DNA from: Torpedo marmorata
Taxonomy: Eukaryota
Length of the DNA stretch: 64,000 nt
Direction of reading: 5' to 3'
Assembly (NCBI GenBank): GCA_977017645.1
Contig: OZ360252.1
Span: forward strand, 16,306,001 to 16,370,000
In this document: positions 24,776 through 39,013 of the stretch, piece after piece
Layout: every line of letters begins with the position of its first letter
Numbering within the stretch: the first letter of the stretch is position 1
The notes under the pieces: model-generated
What the model was told of the DNA's origin: nothing
What the model saw: only the letters and a program-made list of their open reading frames with translations
Databases searched by the model: none
Program-made: the position numbers and the translations under genes

Positions 24776-27700
24776 TTCTGTTTTTATTAACACAAATTCT
24801 GCCCATTCTGTTTAATATTCACTCTGTTTCTCCGTCCTTGGATGCCGGTGTCCTGACGAGGGTTTCACTCAAATGTCTATCCAACGTTTTGCGTTTCAGG
24901 TGATGTTTATGAAAGACACGAAGAATCCAGCCACCATTTGTCACTAAATTGACAGAAAACCTTCCACCTGAATGCAGCACGTGGAAAGACATTTGGAGCA
25001 AAGCTTCAAAACAACTATTTTCCGCACAAACAAGGGAAAGTGCATTTAGATTTTAAAAAATTGTCGCTTTTCTCCGGGCACATTAAAGGGACACTAAACA
25101 TTTAATTTGAATCATAATGTCACACGTTTGAGGAAAATTGATTACAAATTAAACTCCGTCATTCTTTGGAAATTTCAGTTCCACCATACTCCCATATGTG
25201 TGTTTAAGATTAATAACGAATTAATGTGAATGTTAAGTGTTCATTCTCAATCAGGGTGACATTTAATGATGAAATATATAAATCCTTCCCAATAACATGA
25301 TAGTAAATACAGTATTTGAACTCCTTCATTTCACTGCATCGCACGGTGTGTAGAAAGAGATGTGACCGATAATCATCAGCGTCAGGAATGTGTTCGCCGA
25401 TTCAGTCAGCAGCAGCTGCAGGTTCGGCTCTCTTCTCACACGCTGAGTTTACACACTCCGGCCTCTGAATATACTCTTTCCCAGCAATGACTGCCCCTCT
25501 ATTTCTTATGAACCAAGGCTATTAATCTTATTCAAAGATGAGCTCACAAGAGCCGCGGAGTTAATGTGCAGGCGATTTCAAACGACGGAATATATCAGCG
25601 TCACCTCTGCAAAATTCCACTCTTCCCAGAAATATTGACGGGAAATTACAATATAACCATCAATGTAAAGTAATCCAAATATTTATACTGTCACCGGCAG
25701 AAATGAACACGCGTGTAATAACAAACACAAAAGTAAGTGTTACTATGGACTGCAAAATAAGCAACAGTTTAACTGTCCATTCTCGGTGTCAGGAATTTGA
25801 ATTAGCTTAACGTTCTCATTCTTTCTGCCCTTGTGCTCTAAATATAAGACAACGTAAAGCAACAATTGGATGGGTGAAAAATTCACCGCTGGAGCATATA
25901 TTTACCGTGTTAATATACTGAAGAAACCTCACCACAATGGAAACATTCAGAGACAAAAAAAAAACGTTTGCTCCTCTGCTCCTCTATGTGCAGTAATTCA
26001 ATAGTCGATTGAAACGAAGCTAAATTTTAATTATGATCAGCATTGCAAATATAAACCGGATTCTATCAATATTCTTAATAAACTCACAGTTACAGATGAG
26101 CACTATCATCAGTATCAAGTCGGACCGCAGCATTCTCCCGGTGGTCAGTTATAGAACACTGATCACTGAAGCAGTCTCTCCAAGACTTCTGACATTCCAG
26201 TTCATCTGAGACTTAATTCTTTGATACCTGCCTTACCTCTATCTCATGTCTTACTCCAACAAATAAGAAATAACCTTTGACTGAAATCAGGCGTGAATTG
26301 CAGTCTGCTTGAATGAACCAATGAGAAACAACCTGCCCATTAATGGAGATAACAGGGTCATAATTTTTCTTCTCCTTCTCCTGAGTAACAAATGACTCGA
26401 GTAAGTCTGAACAGAGAAAAGGAACGAAAACCTGCATCCAAGAATCACACAGTCATCGAAGCGTACCGTATGGCGAAGATTAATCGTTCTATCGCAAAGA
26501 GTGTATTCCAGGTTTTATGGGAATTTTGTTACCCCATTTCCCCGTATTACCTCCCGCCCTTACCTACAGCACTCAATAGCAAAGAATCCCCATCTCCCTG
26601 TTCTCCTCAGCCTCTTTACAACCTCTCACAGTTCTGAACGTCGCACGTTGTTACAGATTCAAGGGGTTTAAAGAAGAAAACAGCAAAACTCTCTCGTCTT
26701 TGCTTATCCATCTGAATATCTCGATGGCCCATTCATTACCTACTGGCTTTACCATACAGCGTGGCGAATAAAAATAGATGTCAAGTCCAAGGATAAACAC
26801 AAATACTTTCGCAAAGTTTCTCATTCTTTCAAGATGGACGGATAATTTCCAGCGCCAGTGATCCTTCCCATTTGTGATAAAATATAAATAATTTCCAGAT
26901 GGTGGACTTTCTCTCTCTCCCCCACTTTTGTTTTACCGGCATTGCTATTCCGAACCTGCGCAATGTATTTACTTCATTTACATTCTCCCTGTCTCAATAT
27001 AGGAACGTGCCGAGAAGCTCAGCAGGTCACGCAGCATCCATAGGAACCAAAGTGTAACCAAACTTTCCGGACTGGGCGCTTAGTCAAGAATGATGATGGA
27101 TTGCTGTAGATGCTGCGTGACCAGCCGAGTTTCTCCTGCACATTTATGTCTTGCACTTGACTGCAGGATCTGCAGATATGATTTTTGTTTAATTCTGTCA
27201 GGCTCACACTCTCGCTGTCACCCCCGGTTAGAATTTTGCATGTGCTCAAATTCACTTTTTTCTCCTCGTTTTGAGTGAGTGATATGGATGGGGATACGGG
27301 CCAAGCGCGGTCAGGAGGTATGTTTTGGTCGGCATACTCAAGTTGGGCTGAAGCGCCTGTTTCCACGCAGTCTGACACTATGACTCTCTTTGACTCGGAG
27401 AAAATATTGCAAAATTTCCTGCATTGCTGGTAACTGTATCCGGCTGCCAGGATGCAAATTGTCTCCAAAGTGAATGAAGAGTTCAGTGGTTAGACATGCA
27501 TGGCACATAGAGGTGCTGCTCCTTTTTGCATGCCGTCTTTATTTCCTCTTTCTCCATCTTTGAGTTCTGGTCATGGCACGTGGCCCACACCATGTTGCCA
27601 AGATTGCTTCCTTTCTCTTTCTGTTGTTTTCCTCTCCACCATGGTTAACAGGCTTCCCGACTGTACCTGAACCATTTCCCCATGCTTGGATAAGTCCCGA

Positions 27701-29611
27701 AGATGCAATTATTTCAATGGAAGCTGTTTGACCATCACTTTCTACAAATAAATTTGGGCTGTGTACTGCCTAGTCACTGTGTCAACGCCACTCTCTAATT
27801 GGCTGATTGCTTTAAAATCAATTCAAAGGGAGATGGGGAGAACTTAACTGAAAATCATTCCAATTTACGAATGGAAAAAATTAACATGAAGTACATCTGG
27901 AATGGTGGAAACACACAGCAGGCCAGGAAGTACTTGGTGAGTAAGAAGTGTTGAGGCTTTGCCTTTGACGTTCTGCCACCGCCAAGAAATGTGATCACTG
28001 TGATTGAATACGACCTCCTGCTGCGGTAAATGAAAGAGTAACGGGAGCAGAGAACAGAAGTTAAGGAATGTTCATAGAAGGACAGATTGTGTCAGCTATG
28101 GAATGGATAGATGAACCATTCTCTGAATATGGGAGCTGTGTTTAGAAGCTGAAAGTTATGAATTCACGGTTGCATCACACAACATGTGATCAGCCGTCAG
28201 GAAAATAAATGAGAATGATTCGCAGATTATATTGATTTTCTTGGAACGGCATAGCCTCTCAGGTAAAGAGGGAATGAAATGAGAATGAAAGGGATATGTT
28301 CTGCAGATGAACAATATTTGGAAAGAAAAGAAGAGAAGTCATGAAGTTTTGAGAAGGGAAATGTAAGAAGGTACATACATTTCTGGGAAATATCTCAGCC
28401 TGTTTTTAAGCCATAGTGAACGATAACTCTTCCAAATATAATACCCATTTCTCCAGTTTAATCAGCTCCACTCTTCACCTTCCTCCTTTCCAGTCTGATT
28501 CTATTCCAGTTTTCAGAATAGCAATGGTTTTATATTCTCCACACTATGCCAGTAGCCTCAATCAAATCTCTGGATGCTTTTCCCACAGCAATTATCAACA
28601 CAAATTTCAAGTGATGTCACACCTCCTCTAACCACAACTTCAATTGCATCAATGATACTTAAACGGAAACAGAATTGTTGTATTAATTTCATGTAAAAAT
28701 TAAAACTATAATTCAATGTCAGTATTACAAGGAGCTAGGTTATAGTAATTAGTTGAGCACATAGAGTATTTATAAGGAAACAAAAGCCGATTAAGAGCTT
28801 CAGTGATTAACTCAATAAATCTAATCACCTTGGGAATGCCGAATAATGTTCAATCCTTGCACAGTGGATACATTTAGAAAGTGAACACCAAATCATGAAG
28901 ATAACGTTAAATTTAAATGGAATAATCTTTAAGACACACGATTCATCATTTGCTTTTTCGGAATTCCAAATTATAGAAGAGTGAGATAGAACAGTTAAGG
29001 TTTATAATAATGCTACACATGTTGTAGTGATAGAGAGATTGGAGACTCTGTCCTCTTGAGGCTGACTTAGAAATTCATTTTAAAATAATTTTTCATACCT
29101 ACCTCATTAATATTCACTAAGAACACTTTTGTTGGTGTGTTGTTTATTTCAGTAACTCCTCATTCGTCCTCACGATGCCATGGTCCGAGTATTATTGTGA
29201 CCACACAGACACTGCTTTCAGACACTATTTCATTTTGGATTTAATTGCTGCATTTACCTATTTTCACTGAGCTCTTTGTCCATTGTCAGATGTTACAGTA
29301 TACACGGGTTTATTCTGTTCTCACTGTTACAGATATTCTGTATTTTGCCACCGTGGTGGATTTTGTCTGAACATGCACACTGATAATTGCTTGGAAATAA
29401 CAATCCACGTCTTTCCACAGATTTTAAGAAAGGTGTTGGAATCACTCACACTCTTATACAAATCATACTTGTTCAACATCAATGAACTGTAACTTGTCTT
29501 CTATTCAAGCAACTGGAGAGGTGCTTCGGAAATGGTGATCGTTGTGCATTCTGCCTAATATTTTAAAACCTGCATGTATAAAGTTGCGGATGCAATGTTT
29601 TGTGGCACATA

Positions 29612-31247
29612 CATTGGCCTCCATATTGTTTGTGACAAAGTCAAAATTTTCTCCTCTATTTCCCCCTGTGCTCCAATGTTTTCAATTTTTAATCAAACAA
29701 TTCACATGTGATTAAAATGCACATTCCAGATTTTATTAAAGGTTATTTGTATACATTTTGGTTTGAGCATGTCGAAATTGCAGGAATCTTTATACATAGT
29801 TCCCCATTTCAGGGTACAATAATGTTTGGGATATTTGGCTTCACAAGTGTTTGTGAGTACTCAGGTATGATTAATTGATTCATTGGTATAGGTATAAGGG
29901 ATCTATGTTTGCTTCTAAGCTTTTGATCACCTTTGGAGTCTGTAGTTACCATTGTCAAAATGAGGACCAGAGTTATGCCAATGAAAGTCAAAGAAGCCAT
30001 TATGAAACTGAAAAGTAAATATAAAACGATATGGGATATCGTCCAAAGATTAGGATTACAAAAATCATCTGTTGGAACATCATTAATAAGAAAGGGCGTC
30101 CTGGCGGTTCAGTAATCGCATAGAGACGGGGAGGGGCGGGGGGGTGGTTGTGGCAAGGAAGACCTCCACTGCTGATGACAGAAGAATTCTCTTTAAAATG
30201 ATGAAAAATCTCCAAACGTCTGTCCGACCCACTTCAGGAGGCAGGTGTGGATGTGTAAATGACTACTGTCCGCAGAAGGCTTCATGAACAGAAATACAGA
30301 GGCCAAACTGCAAGATTTAAGTCACTAATTATTCACTGAATCAGGATTTCCAGATTACAGTTTGCCAAGAAGTATTTAAAACAGCACGAAGTATATTCTG
30401 TAAAAAGATCTTCTGAACAGAGGAGACTAAGATTAACTGTTTCAGAGTGATGGCAAGTGCAAACTGTGGAGGCGTAAAGGAACTGCCCAATATCCAAAGC
30501 ATAACACCTCATCTATGAAAAATGGTGATGGGGGTGTTATGGCCTGGACAATTATCACTGCCACAAGTACTGGCGCACTTACCTTCATTGATCATGTAAC
30601 TGCTGATTGCAGTATCAAAATCAATTCTGAGGTGTTTCAAACATCTTATCTGCACAGGTTCGAGTAAATGCCTCCAAACTCATTGGACAGTCATACAGCA
30701 ATGCAATGATCCCAAACATATTGGTAAAGCAACAAATGAGTTTTTCAATGCAAAGAACTGGAAAATTCTTACATGGCCAAGTCAGTCATTAATCTCAACA
30801 CAATTGAGCATGCTTTCCCGATGCTGAAGAGAAAACATCAGGGAAAACCCTCGAAACAAGTAGGGGCTGAAGATGGCTACAGTAGAGGCCTGTCAGAGCA
30901 TCACCAGAGAAGATACAGAGCATCTGGTGATGTCTCTGAATCACGGACTTCAAGCAGTCATTGCATGCAAGGGATGTGCAACAAATTACTAAACATGACT
31001 ACATTAACATACATAATATTGCTATGTCCCAAATGTTATCGTGCCCTGAAATGAGGGGTCTATTAATAAAAATGCTGTAATTTCGACAAAGTCAAACCCA
31101 ATTGTAAATAAATACTCTTACATAAATTCCGGAATGTGCACATTAATCACATGTGAATTGTTTGATTACAGATTTAAAATTGTGGAGCACAGTGGCAAAT
31201 AAACAAATAAAATTGTGTCTTTCTCCCAAACATTATGGAGTGCACTT
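29612..31247 (+). mobile_element. Tc1/mariner DNA transposon, full length, defective
   Basis: TA-flanked ~220-bp inverted termini; transposase remnants MRTRVMPMKVKEAI, GGCCTGG, AATGATCCCAAACAT, TGGCCAAGTCAGTCA...ATTGAGCAT, with stops and frameshifts. Confidence 0.9.
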
Positions 31248-31374
31248 TAAAAGTCTCAGCAAAATTTGTTTTGCAGTTAGGCTGACAGGAAACACCTGAC
31301 ATTGTGGTATGAGCTGTTTATCTCTTTAATTTAGGTTCTCCCCTGAAACAGTGATATGTTGATATATTTTTCAT

Positions 31375-31830
31375 TGCATGCTGGTCTTTGAATCAGAAGA
31401 TTAAGGGTCCAAGTTCTACTCCTGACGTTTAATCCAAAATGCCAATGTAGGAATTTCCAGTGCATTGCTGAAGTATGTAAAGGATGTAAATGACAGGATC
31501 CTTCAAATGACATGCTTTTCACAATCTTACATACTTCTATTTGTTCACTTCTGATGCTCCAGAAAGAATAATAAATATATGCCCAACATCTCCTCACAGC
31601 TAATACTGAATAAAATAGACAACATCCCGCCGAACCTCTCGTGTGTCTTTTCCACAGCCTGCACATCCTTGTTTCAATGAGTGAACCAGAAATGCTCGCA
31701 ATACTCCCAATGCGACCGAACCACATTTTCCCACAGCTGCAACATGAATTGACGACATTTATATTCAAAGGCTCCACTGATGTAGGAAGGTTTGGCACCC
31801 CATTCTATGACCACATTATCCACACGTGTT
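31375..31830 (+). mobile_element. old Deu-domain (SacSINE1-like) SINE, heavily decayed
   Basis: TGAATCAGAAGATTAAGGGTCCAAGTTCTACTCC (tRNA box B-like), TCCAGTGCATTGCTGA, TTTCCCACAGCTGCAACA and TTCAAAGGCTCCACTGATGTAGGAAGGTTTGGCAC resemble the remembered SacSINE1 layout. Confidence 0.45.
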
Positions 31831-32294
31831 GCCTTTAAAACCATACTTTCCACTCAAAGTCTAAGGAATAAAACATGAGCACAGCAGTCCCAAAAACAGG
31901 AACTGCTAGTGTTCATGTACTGACCACGCGAGTATATTAATGGTAAATCTCTCAAAGAAAAAGGGAGGATGTTTTCTGAAACCGATCTCCCCTGCTTAAC
32001 ATACAATGCCGCGCATATACTTAAAAAGAGCATAGTTATTTTTTTCTAGAACCGGTCCTGCTTTTTTGTCAGTTTAGTTATTGATCTCTGGCAACGAGCA
32101 GCAACAAAAGGCTTGCGGTGACAGTAAAGTTTAACCGGACAGAACAGCATAATGTGGGACAGCGTGCATATTACACAAGGATATTGAATACATGAAATCT
32201 AAATTTTGCTCGGATCATAGCGGAATATACCTTAATATTAAATAACGGCCAGTTGATCTGCCAGTCCCACAGAAACCATAAAGTGAAACTAATT

Positions 32295-34562
32295 TCAGAT
32301 CAAATCAGATCAGAGACTATTTATTATCATTTAATACAACAGAAATGTACAGTGCCCACCATAATGTTGGGAACATAGACAATATTTTCCTTTATTTGCC
32401 CCTGTGCTCCACATTTTTTAATTTATAATCAAACCATTCACATGTGATTAAAGTGCACATTCCTGATTTTATTAAAGGGTATTTGTGTACATTTTGGTTT
32501 GACTATTTATAAATTACAGCACTTTTTATGCATAGATCCCTCATTTCTGGATACCATAATATTTGGGACAGTGCAATGGTATGTATACTAAAGTAGTAAT
32601 GTTTAGTACTTTGTTGCATACAGTTTTTCTTGCATGCAATGACTGTTTGAAGTCTGTGATTCAAATACATCAACAGGTACTGAGTAACCTCTCTGCTGAT
32701 GTTCTGCCAGGCCTAGACTCAGCCATCTTCAGCTCCTGCTTGTTTAGTGGGTTTGTCCATTCAAGGATTCTGTTCAGCATCAGGAAGGCTTGCTCAATTA
32801 TGTTTACATCAGTGGCTGACTTGGCCATTCAAGAAGTTTCCAGTTTTTAGTTTTGAAAATCTCCTTTGTTGCATTCACAATATGTTTGGGATCTTTGTCT
32901 TGTTCTTGGATAAAGCGCCGTCTAATGGGTTTGGAGGCATTTGTGCGAACCTGAGCCGATAAGATGTTTCTATGCACCTCAGAATTCATTTTGCTACTGA
33001 AACCAGCAGGTACAACATCAATGAAGATAGGTGCGTCAGTACCTGTGGCAGCCATACATGCCCAGGCCATGACACCCTCGCCGCCATGTTTCACAGATGA
33101 GGCGGTATGCTTTGGACCTTGGCTGTTCTGTTATGCTTCCACACTTTGCTCGTGGGATTACTCTGATAGAGGTTGGACTCATCTGACAACAAGACTTTTT
33201 TCCAGAATTCTGCCGGCCTTTTTTAAATACTTCTTGGCAAATTATTAGGTGGCCATCCTGTTTCTGTGGCTAACTGATGGTTTGGATATTGCAGTGCAGC
33301 CTCCGTATCACTGCGGACAGTAGTTATTGACACATCCACACCTGCCATCTGAAGAGTGTTTCTGATCTGTCGGACAGGCGTTTGGGGAGTTTTCTTACGA
33401 TGAGAGTTCTTCTGTCATCAGCAGTGGAGGTCTTCCTTGGCCTACCAGTCGCGTTGTGATTACTGAGCTGAACACTTCTTAATGATGTTCCAATCTATTG
33501 TTTTCGGTCATCCTGAGGTTTGGGCGATGTCTCTTACTGTTTTATTCTTGTTTTTCAGACTCATAATGCTTCTTTGACATTCATTGGCACAACTCTGGTT
33601 CCCAAGTTTAAAAATGGCAACGTCAGACTCCAAAGGTTATAAGAAGATTAGAAGCAAGCCTAGCTCTCTTAAACCTGCACCAATGAAGCAATTAAACATA
33701 CCCGATTAATCACAAACCCTTGTAATGCCAAATGCCAATTATGGTTCCCTGAAATGAGGGACTCTGTATAAAATAGTGCTGAAATATCTACACGTTCAAA
33801 CCAAATTCTACACAAAAAACCATTAATATAAGATTAAATGTGAACTTTAATCACATGTGAATTGTTTGAATAAATATTTCAAACATTGGAGCACATGAGC
33901 AAATAAAGGGAAAAAGTGTCTTTGTCCCAAACATTGTGGAGGGAACTGTAATATTACACGAAAGAGCCATTCATCTTCCAGAAGGCAGACAAAGATTCGC
34001 CATTAGCATTGTCCGACGCCCCGCATAGACAGAAAAACAGAAGCAAAACAGAGTCCACCCAGGGTCACTGAGTGTCCTCGAATACGCGTCCCGCGCTCCC
34101 GTAGCCTCTGCAGCCGTACCACACTCCGGTTCCGTTCAAACCGTTCAGCAACCAGATCCATTTTCGAAATCTCGGACATCATGAGGAAAGATTCGAGACC
34201 CCTTCTTGCCCTCAGCACCCTTTTGCCTCCCGCTTACAAGACCTAGTTCTCATCAGCCAATCTCCAGCAGCCCGCAGGCTGGTGTCAGTACTTTGACCAC
34301 AAGTCGCCAACAGCCTGCAGCGTGTGTGGGTTCCTCGCCCCCAGGCGCCATCATCTTGGGACCGGATACCGCGGCCGCACGATTATAAATAAAACACTGT
34401 CGGTTCCTTTAACAGGCCATTTAAATTCCGTAAGGAACAGTGTAGTACGATTGGGCGGTAGGACCCTGCGGTGGAGTGCTGTGTCTCCGTTCCCTGCTGT
34501 CAGCGGATGCGCATCAGCGGCAGTGGTGTCAATACAGCAGCTCCGGCAGCGAAACCATTTTT
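32295..34562 (-). mobile_element. GC-rich non-autonomous retroelement, copy B, split by a Tc1 insertion
   Basis: 5' part 33951-34562 matches the family in reverse; the 3' end (ATAATAAAT...TCTGATCTGAT on the minus strand) lies at 32295-32349, beyond the Tc1. Confidence 0.75.
32350..33948 (-). mobile_element. Tc1/mariner DNA transposon, defective
   Basis: TA|CAGTGCCCACCATAATGTTGGGA ... TCCCAAACATTGTGGAGGGAACTG|TA; ORF 32804-33094 KHGGEGVMAWACM...QDKDPKH...LLEWPSQ is the Tc1 DDE region. Confidence 0.93.
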
Positions 34563-35649
34563 TTTTTAAAGATGTTGCATTTTCCAATTTGCAGGATCAG
34601 ATTTACAAGCAGATTTTGCTGCAAATAAAATTAAATGGGGCATTACTTCATCAGGCTGCGAGCTTAAAAGAAAATATTTCTTAGACGGATTTCAAGAAAA
34701 CATTTGCAGCTACAGTATGTTTAATGACGGATGCATTGACCTGATTATCCATCTTGGTAACACAAAGGGACGAAAATAAATGCAGCATTGATTTGTTGAA
34801 ATAGTTTGTATATCCTTGGAGCAGAGGGGCTGGGCAGGAACAATATAGGTTTCTACAACATTACCGATGGTAGATCATAAAAAACCTGTTCTCCATAGCA
34901 AAGGTGTCTGTGAACAGTCAGTGTACCATGAATATGTGGTCCATGTTAATCACCTCGAGAAGCATTGCAACATGAAAGGCATGGCCTGGGCAGAGTGAAC
35001 GGCGAAGGTTGCGTCGCCACAACACTTTACATGTATCGGATGTAGTACGTGAATTACCAATGAGTGGTCGGCAATGCGCCAAGTGCTGGTAAATGGGATA
35101 AGTTGAGATGTGTTCTTGATGGTTGACATTGACGTGTTGGGGGCATATGACCTGCTTCTGGGTTGTAGCACCCCATTACTCGATAATTGCTTTATTGGTG
35201 ACTTTTAATTTTTTCAACATCTGACCATTGGTCAGTGAACATGGTTTTTTCCAGTCCAGACCTTCACATTTGTGCTACTTTAATGTCATTTCATCGTTCA
35301 TGCCAGGCTTTAAAATGGGAGGGCCTGAGGGGAGATTTGATCAAGCCAGTTTGCTACTTAATCGACTGGACAAAGTGGGTTGGTAACAATAGAATGTAAA
35401 AGGAACGGAGAGGGCACTTTCCCGATTGAATGGGATCACATGAACAGATACCAACACTCAACTCGGAAAGCGCTCGTTGCTTTCTACTGGAATAAGGATT
35501 CGGTCGGTCAAAGGAATTCCCTCATCTGCATTTATGAGGCATAATTGTTCAGATTTGTATGGAATTTTAGCTTCTTTCAAATTCAAATCTAGGAAGTTAT
35601 AATGTAATGCCATGTATCTTCAACAATGATAAATCATTCTCGAAACCTC

Positions 35650-36060
35650 ACATCTTCACTGCCCCCCTCTGCCCTTCGATGCAACAAGGACAGGATTCCT
35701 CTTCTCCTCACCTACCACCCGCCAATCTCTAACACCTACATCTAGATCCCTTCCCCAGTCACATCTACCACTTCTCTCCGATTCCCGCAGGGATATCTCC
35801 CTCCGGGACGCCTTCGTCCAAGCATCCCTTCCCACTAATCGCAAACCCCAAGTTACCAACCCCTGTACCCGGAGGAAATGCTGCACGTGCGTCCACACTT
35901 CGTCCGTCACCAACATTTGGGGCCCCAAACAGTCCTTCCAAGTGAAATAACACTTCACTAGTGAGTCGGCAGGCGTCACCGACTGCATCCAGTGCCCCCG
36001 TTGTGGACTCTTCGACATCACAGAGACTGGACGCAAATTAGGAGATCGTTTCGTCCAGAG
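35650..36060 (+). mobile_element. Penelope-like element fragment
   Basis: DRIPLLLTYHP, GGGGCCCCAAACAGTCCTTCCAAGTG and ACATCACAGAGACTGGACGC (GIY-YIG 'YIGET' region). Confidence 0.8.
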
Positions 36061-36099
36061 GGCTTTAATATTTACTTCTCCATTTTCCATTAGGTTCTA

Positions 36100-37300
36100 T
36101 GAGACATACAGAACAGAAAGAGGCTGTACGTCCCAGCGAATATCCACAAACCAGCAACACACAATAAGGTAATTAATCCACACATATTCTGCAACTCAAC
36201 CACACAAAATAGAAAATTTATAGTGTCAGCTAACCTACCATAACGCTAGTCTTTGGGACGTGGGGAGAAAGCTGGACACCCAGAGCAAAAACACAGGGCC
36301 ACACGAAGAGCGTGCAAAATCCGCATAGATAATAGCTGAGGGCAAGACTGAACCCTGGTCTCGGACATTAAAAACGCGACTCTACATGTTGAGCAAAATT
36401 TTTATCAGCGTCCTTTGTTTAGTTATTTGTTGAACGAAGGTGATATTCGCTCCTCATATTAAGGACATAATGACTGTGAAAGGGCGTCTCGAGTGGATGT
36501 AATCACTCCCAATCAATAGTCCCTTTGCCATTTTTGAGGACTCAGTAAATATTGTAATGATTACCCAGATTAGCTTCTTTGTGGAAACTGATGCTAATTA
36601 GCGTCAAAATCCAACAGTTGGTCTCACCCGTCGGGAATCCACGTACTGTTCCATTGCTGGCAAGTTAAGGGCACATGTGATAGAACACAAAAGGGCGCGG
36701 TGAATGAGGTTGCTGAGAACGAGTTTTCCTTGTTGAAGATCAGTCAACTTGAGTGGTAGACCATTACATTGATCTTAAAAGAATCAAAAACTAAGCAAAA
36801 TTGATTAATTACCAATTAACTTCTGATGAGGAACGTTCCACATGCCAGTTTACTCAGTATACAGTAAGCAACAGGAACTTTCCCAGGCACCGTGTACTCC
36901 TCGTAGATATCTGTGTGATTCAATCCAGTCCACAGCGAGAACGGGCTTTTTGCCTTTTGTTCAGAAGCTGCCGTACTAGTTTCTGTGTTGTTATTAACCA
37001 CCCTGGGCGCACCAGATTTAAAGACGCGAAAGTTATGTTCAGCTCTACACTCTGGCAACTCATGGGATGTGAATGTGCATATAAATGGGCTTGGAAATCC
37101 AGAACATCGTATGAGCACTCATGATCAATAATGCAGAGGGACTGCATGGAAAGGTAGACGCCAGATGAAGTCTGTTCATTGCCTTTGGATAGTTTTTATG
37201 TGTTGAACATTTTGATCTCAGTTCAAAGTCACTGATATGTGCATTGAGTTATTAACTATTGGACCACAGGAACAATCCCTTGGAGCCACGTGTCGAGGTC
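36100..37300 (+). repeat. diverged paralog of 46620-47540 / 53250-54900 (SINE plus ~1 kb of unique-looking DNA)
   Basis: Collinear blocks, e.g. CAGAGCAAAAACACAGGGCCACACG, GGTCTCACC.GTCGGGAATCCA.GTACTG, ATCAATAATGCAGAGGG, GGAACAATCCCTT. Confidence 0.8.
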
Positions 37301-37364
37301 GTCCATCAATAACCAATTATACTGGTCGCTATCACCTGCACGTGGTCTGATGTTAATATGCACC

Positions 37365-38700
37365 ATCAAATTCGACAGATGATAGGGATTCATTGAAAGT
37401 TGCGTTACAGCTGGGTAAGGTTGGAAAGAGAGTTTTGGTTCATTGGCCTTCATAAATGAAAGTATTTAGTGCAAGAGTTGGTGTGTTCGGTTGAAGTTCT
37501 AATACATTTTCAGGCCATATTTGGAGTATTGTGCGCTATTGTGATCACCGGCCGACAGGAAAGACATCAATACGATTGCAAGGGTGCAAAGAGAATTTAC
37601 AAATATGTTTTCTGCACTTGAACAGCTGGTTATCGGGTAAAATCAATAGGTCGTTACTGCATGGAGCCTCGGAGAATGAGGGGAGATTAAATGGAGGTAT
37701 GACAAGCTATGAAGTTATCGATACGATCATTGCCAACAGGATTTTTACGATTGAGATTGGGTGAGACAAGAACCAGAGCACATGGCTTGAGGGTGACCCG
37801 CGGGGCCCAGCCGCCCATTCGACTGCCGTCGGTTCCGCACGGGCTTTGAACGGTCCGTTAAAGGAGCCGACGGTGGTATTATTTAAGATCCCACGACCAC
37901 TGGGTCTGCGCCCAAGATGGCAGCGCCTTTTAAGCGGCAGCAGCCACGAGGGGCTACAGACTCCAGGAAAGCGGAGGACTGGAGCAGGGCACCAGAGGAC
38001 GGGAAGATCACCCCCACTCCCCGTCTGAGTAATAGAAGCGGAGGAGACGACCCACGGGACGGTGACCACGGCGGCGGACCAGTGAGGGGATCTGAGGCTG
38101 AAGGACCAGTGCATGCGGCGGGCTGCCGGTGACTCGAGGCGAGGAACCCGCGGAGACTGTGGGGTGCTGGAGACTGCTGTCGGGGCACTCACGCCGGGCT
38201 GCGGAATGCTGGAGGCCGGCTCGAACTGGCTGGAGGAGTACCAGGTATCGGAACCGGGATGCGAGGGGGTGCCGAGGGCGACCTGACCGTGTTGGAGGTT
38301 CGGATCTGGAGCTCGGGATGCCGATGGTTTGGACTGGACTCTGTGCGGCTGCAGAGGCTGCGGAAGCGCCGGAGGCGAATCTACGGACACTCGGTGATTC
38401 TGGGGGGACTCTTTTTGCTTCTCTTTCTCTGACTGTAAGGAATGTTAGAGGCGCTTAGGCAATATCTGCCGGTGGCGAATCTGTCTGCCTTGCAGCAGGC
38501 AAAACAAAATTTCATGGAATATGACACTGTCTTATTACTATGACAATAAATTGAATCTTGAATCTTGAAAGTGAAATATTAAAGGGATCATTAGGGGACA
38601 TATCTTCACCCCGAGGGTGGTGAGAGAGTGGAACGAGCTGCGAGCGGAGATGCTGGATTCCGGTGTCATTCACGCTGAACATTACGAGAATTAAAAATTG
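37365..38700 (+). mobile_element. degraded CR1 3' fragment interrupted by GC-rich element copy C
   Basis: AGGCCATATTTGGAGTATTGTG...AGAATGAGGGGAGAT; CATGGCTTGAGGGTGA|insert|AAGTGAAATATTAAAGGG continues after 38569. Confidence 0.75.
37797..38569 (+). mobile_element. GC-rich non-autonomous retroelement, copy C (5'-truncated)
   Basis: Near-identical to 61125-61888; ends GACAATAAATTGAATCTTGAATCTTGAA. Confidence 0.85.
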
Positions 38701-39013
38701 AGTGGAAATCAGGGAGTGTCCCTGTGCAATTAATATTTTGCACAATGACTTGGCACGATAAACCGAGTCCTCTCAGATGGATGTAAATAATACCATACTA
38801 TATTCCTTTTACCCCTTTTTTGGAGGCAGGGCAGCTGGAGATTTTACAATCATCACACAAATTGGCTCTTTTGGGAAATTAATGGCATTTCGTTTTAAAA
38901 ATCCTGCAACTGATTTCAGCCTTTGTAATCCAGATGCTGTTCAATTGTTGGCCACTAGAGGGCAATGTGGAACGTCAGTGCCGACTTCAAAAGATAGTTG
39001 TTTCCGAGTTAAA

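Noticed and set aside
23050-29220. Isolated splice-donor-like sites (23274+, 23387+, 26236-, 29102-)
   Set aside because: No coherent reading frames or recognisable products; they could be UTR exons but cannot be supported.
37707-38390. 227-aa ORF (also 61208-61846 and 24159-24647)
   Set aside because: Pro/Ser-rich antisense frames in a GC-rich repeat; frames are not conserved between copies and no domain is recognisable.
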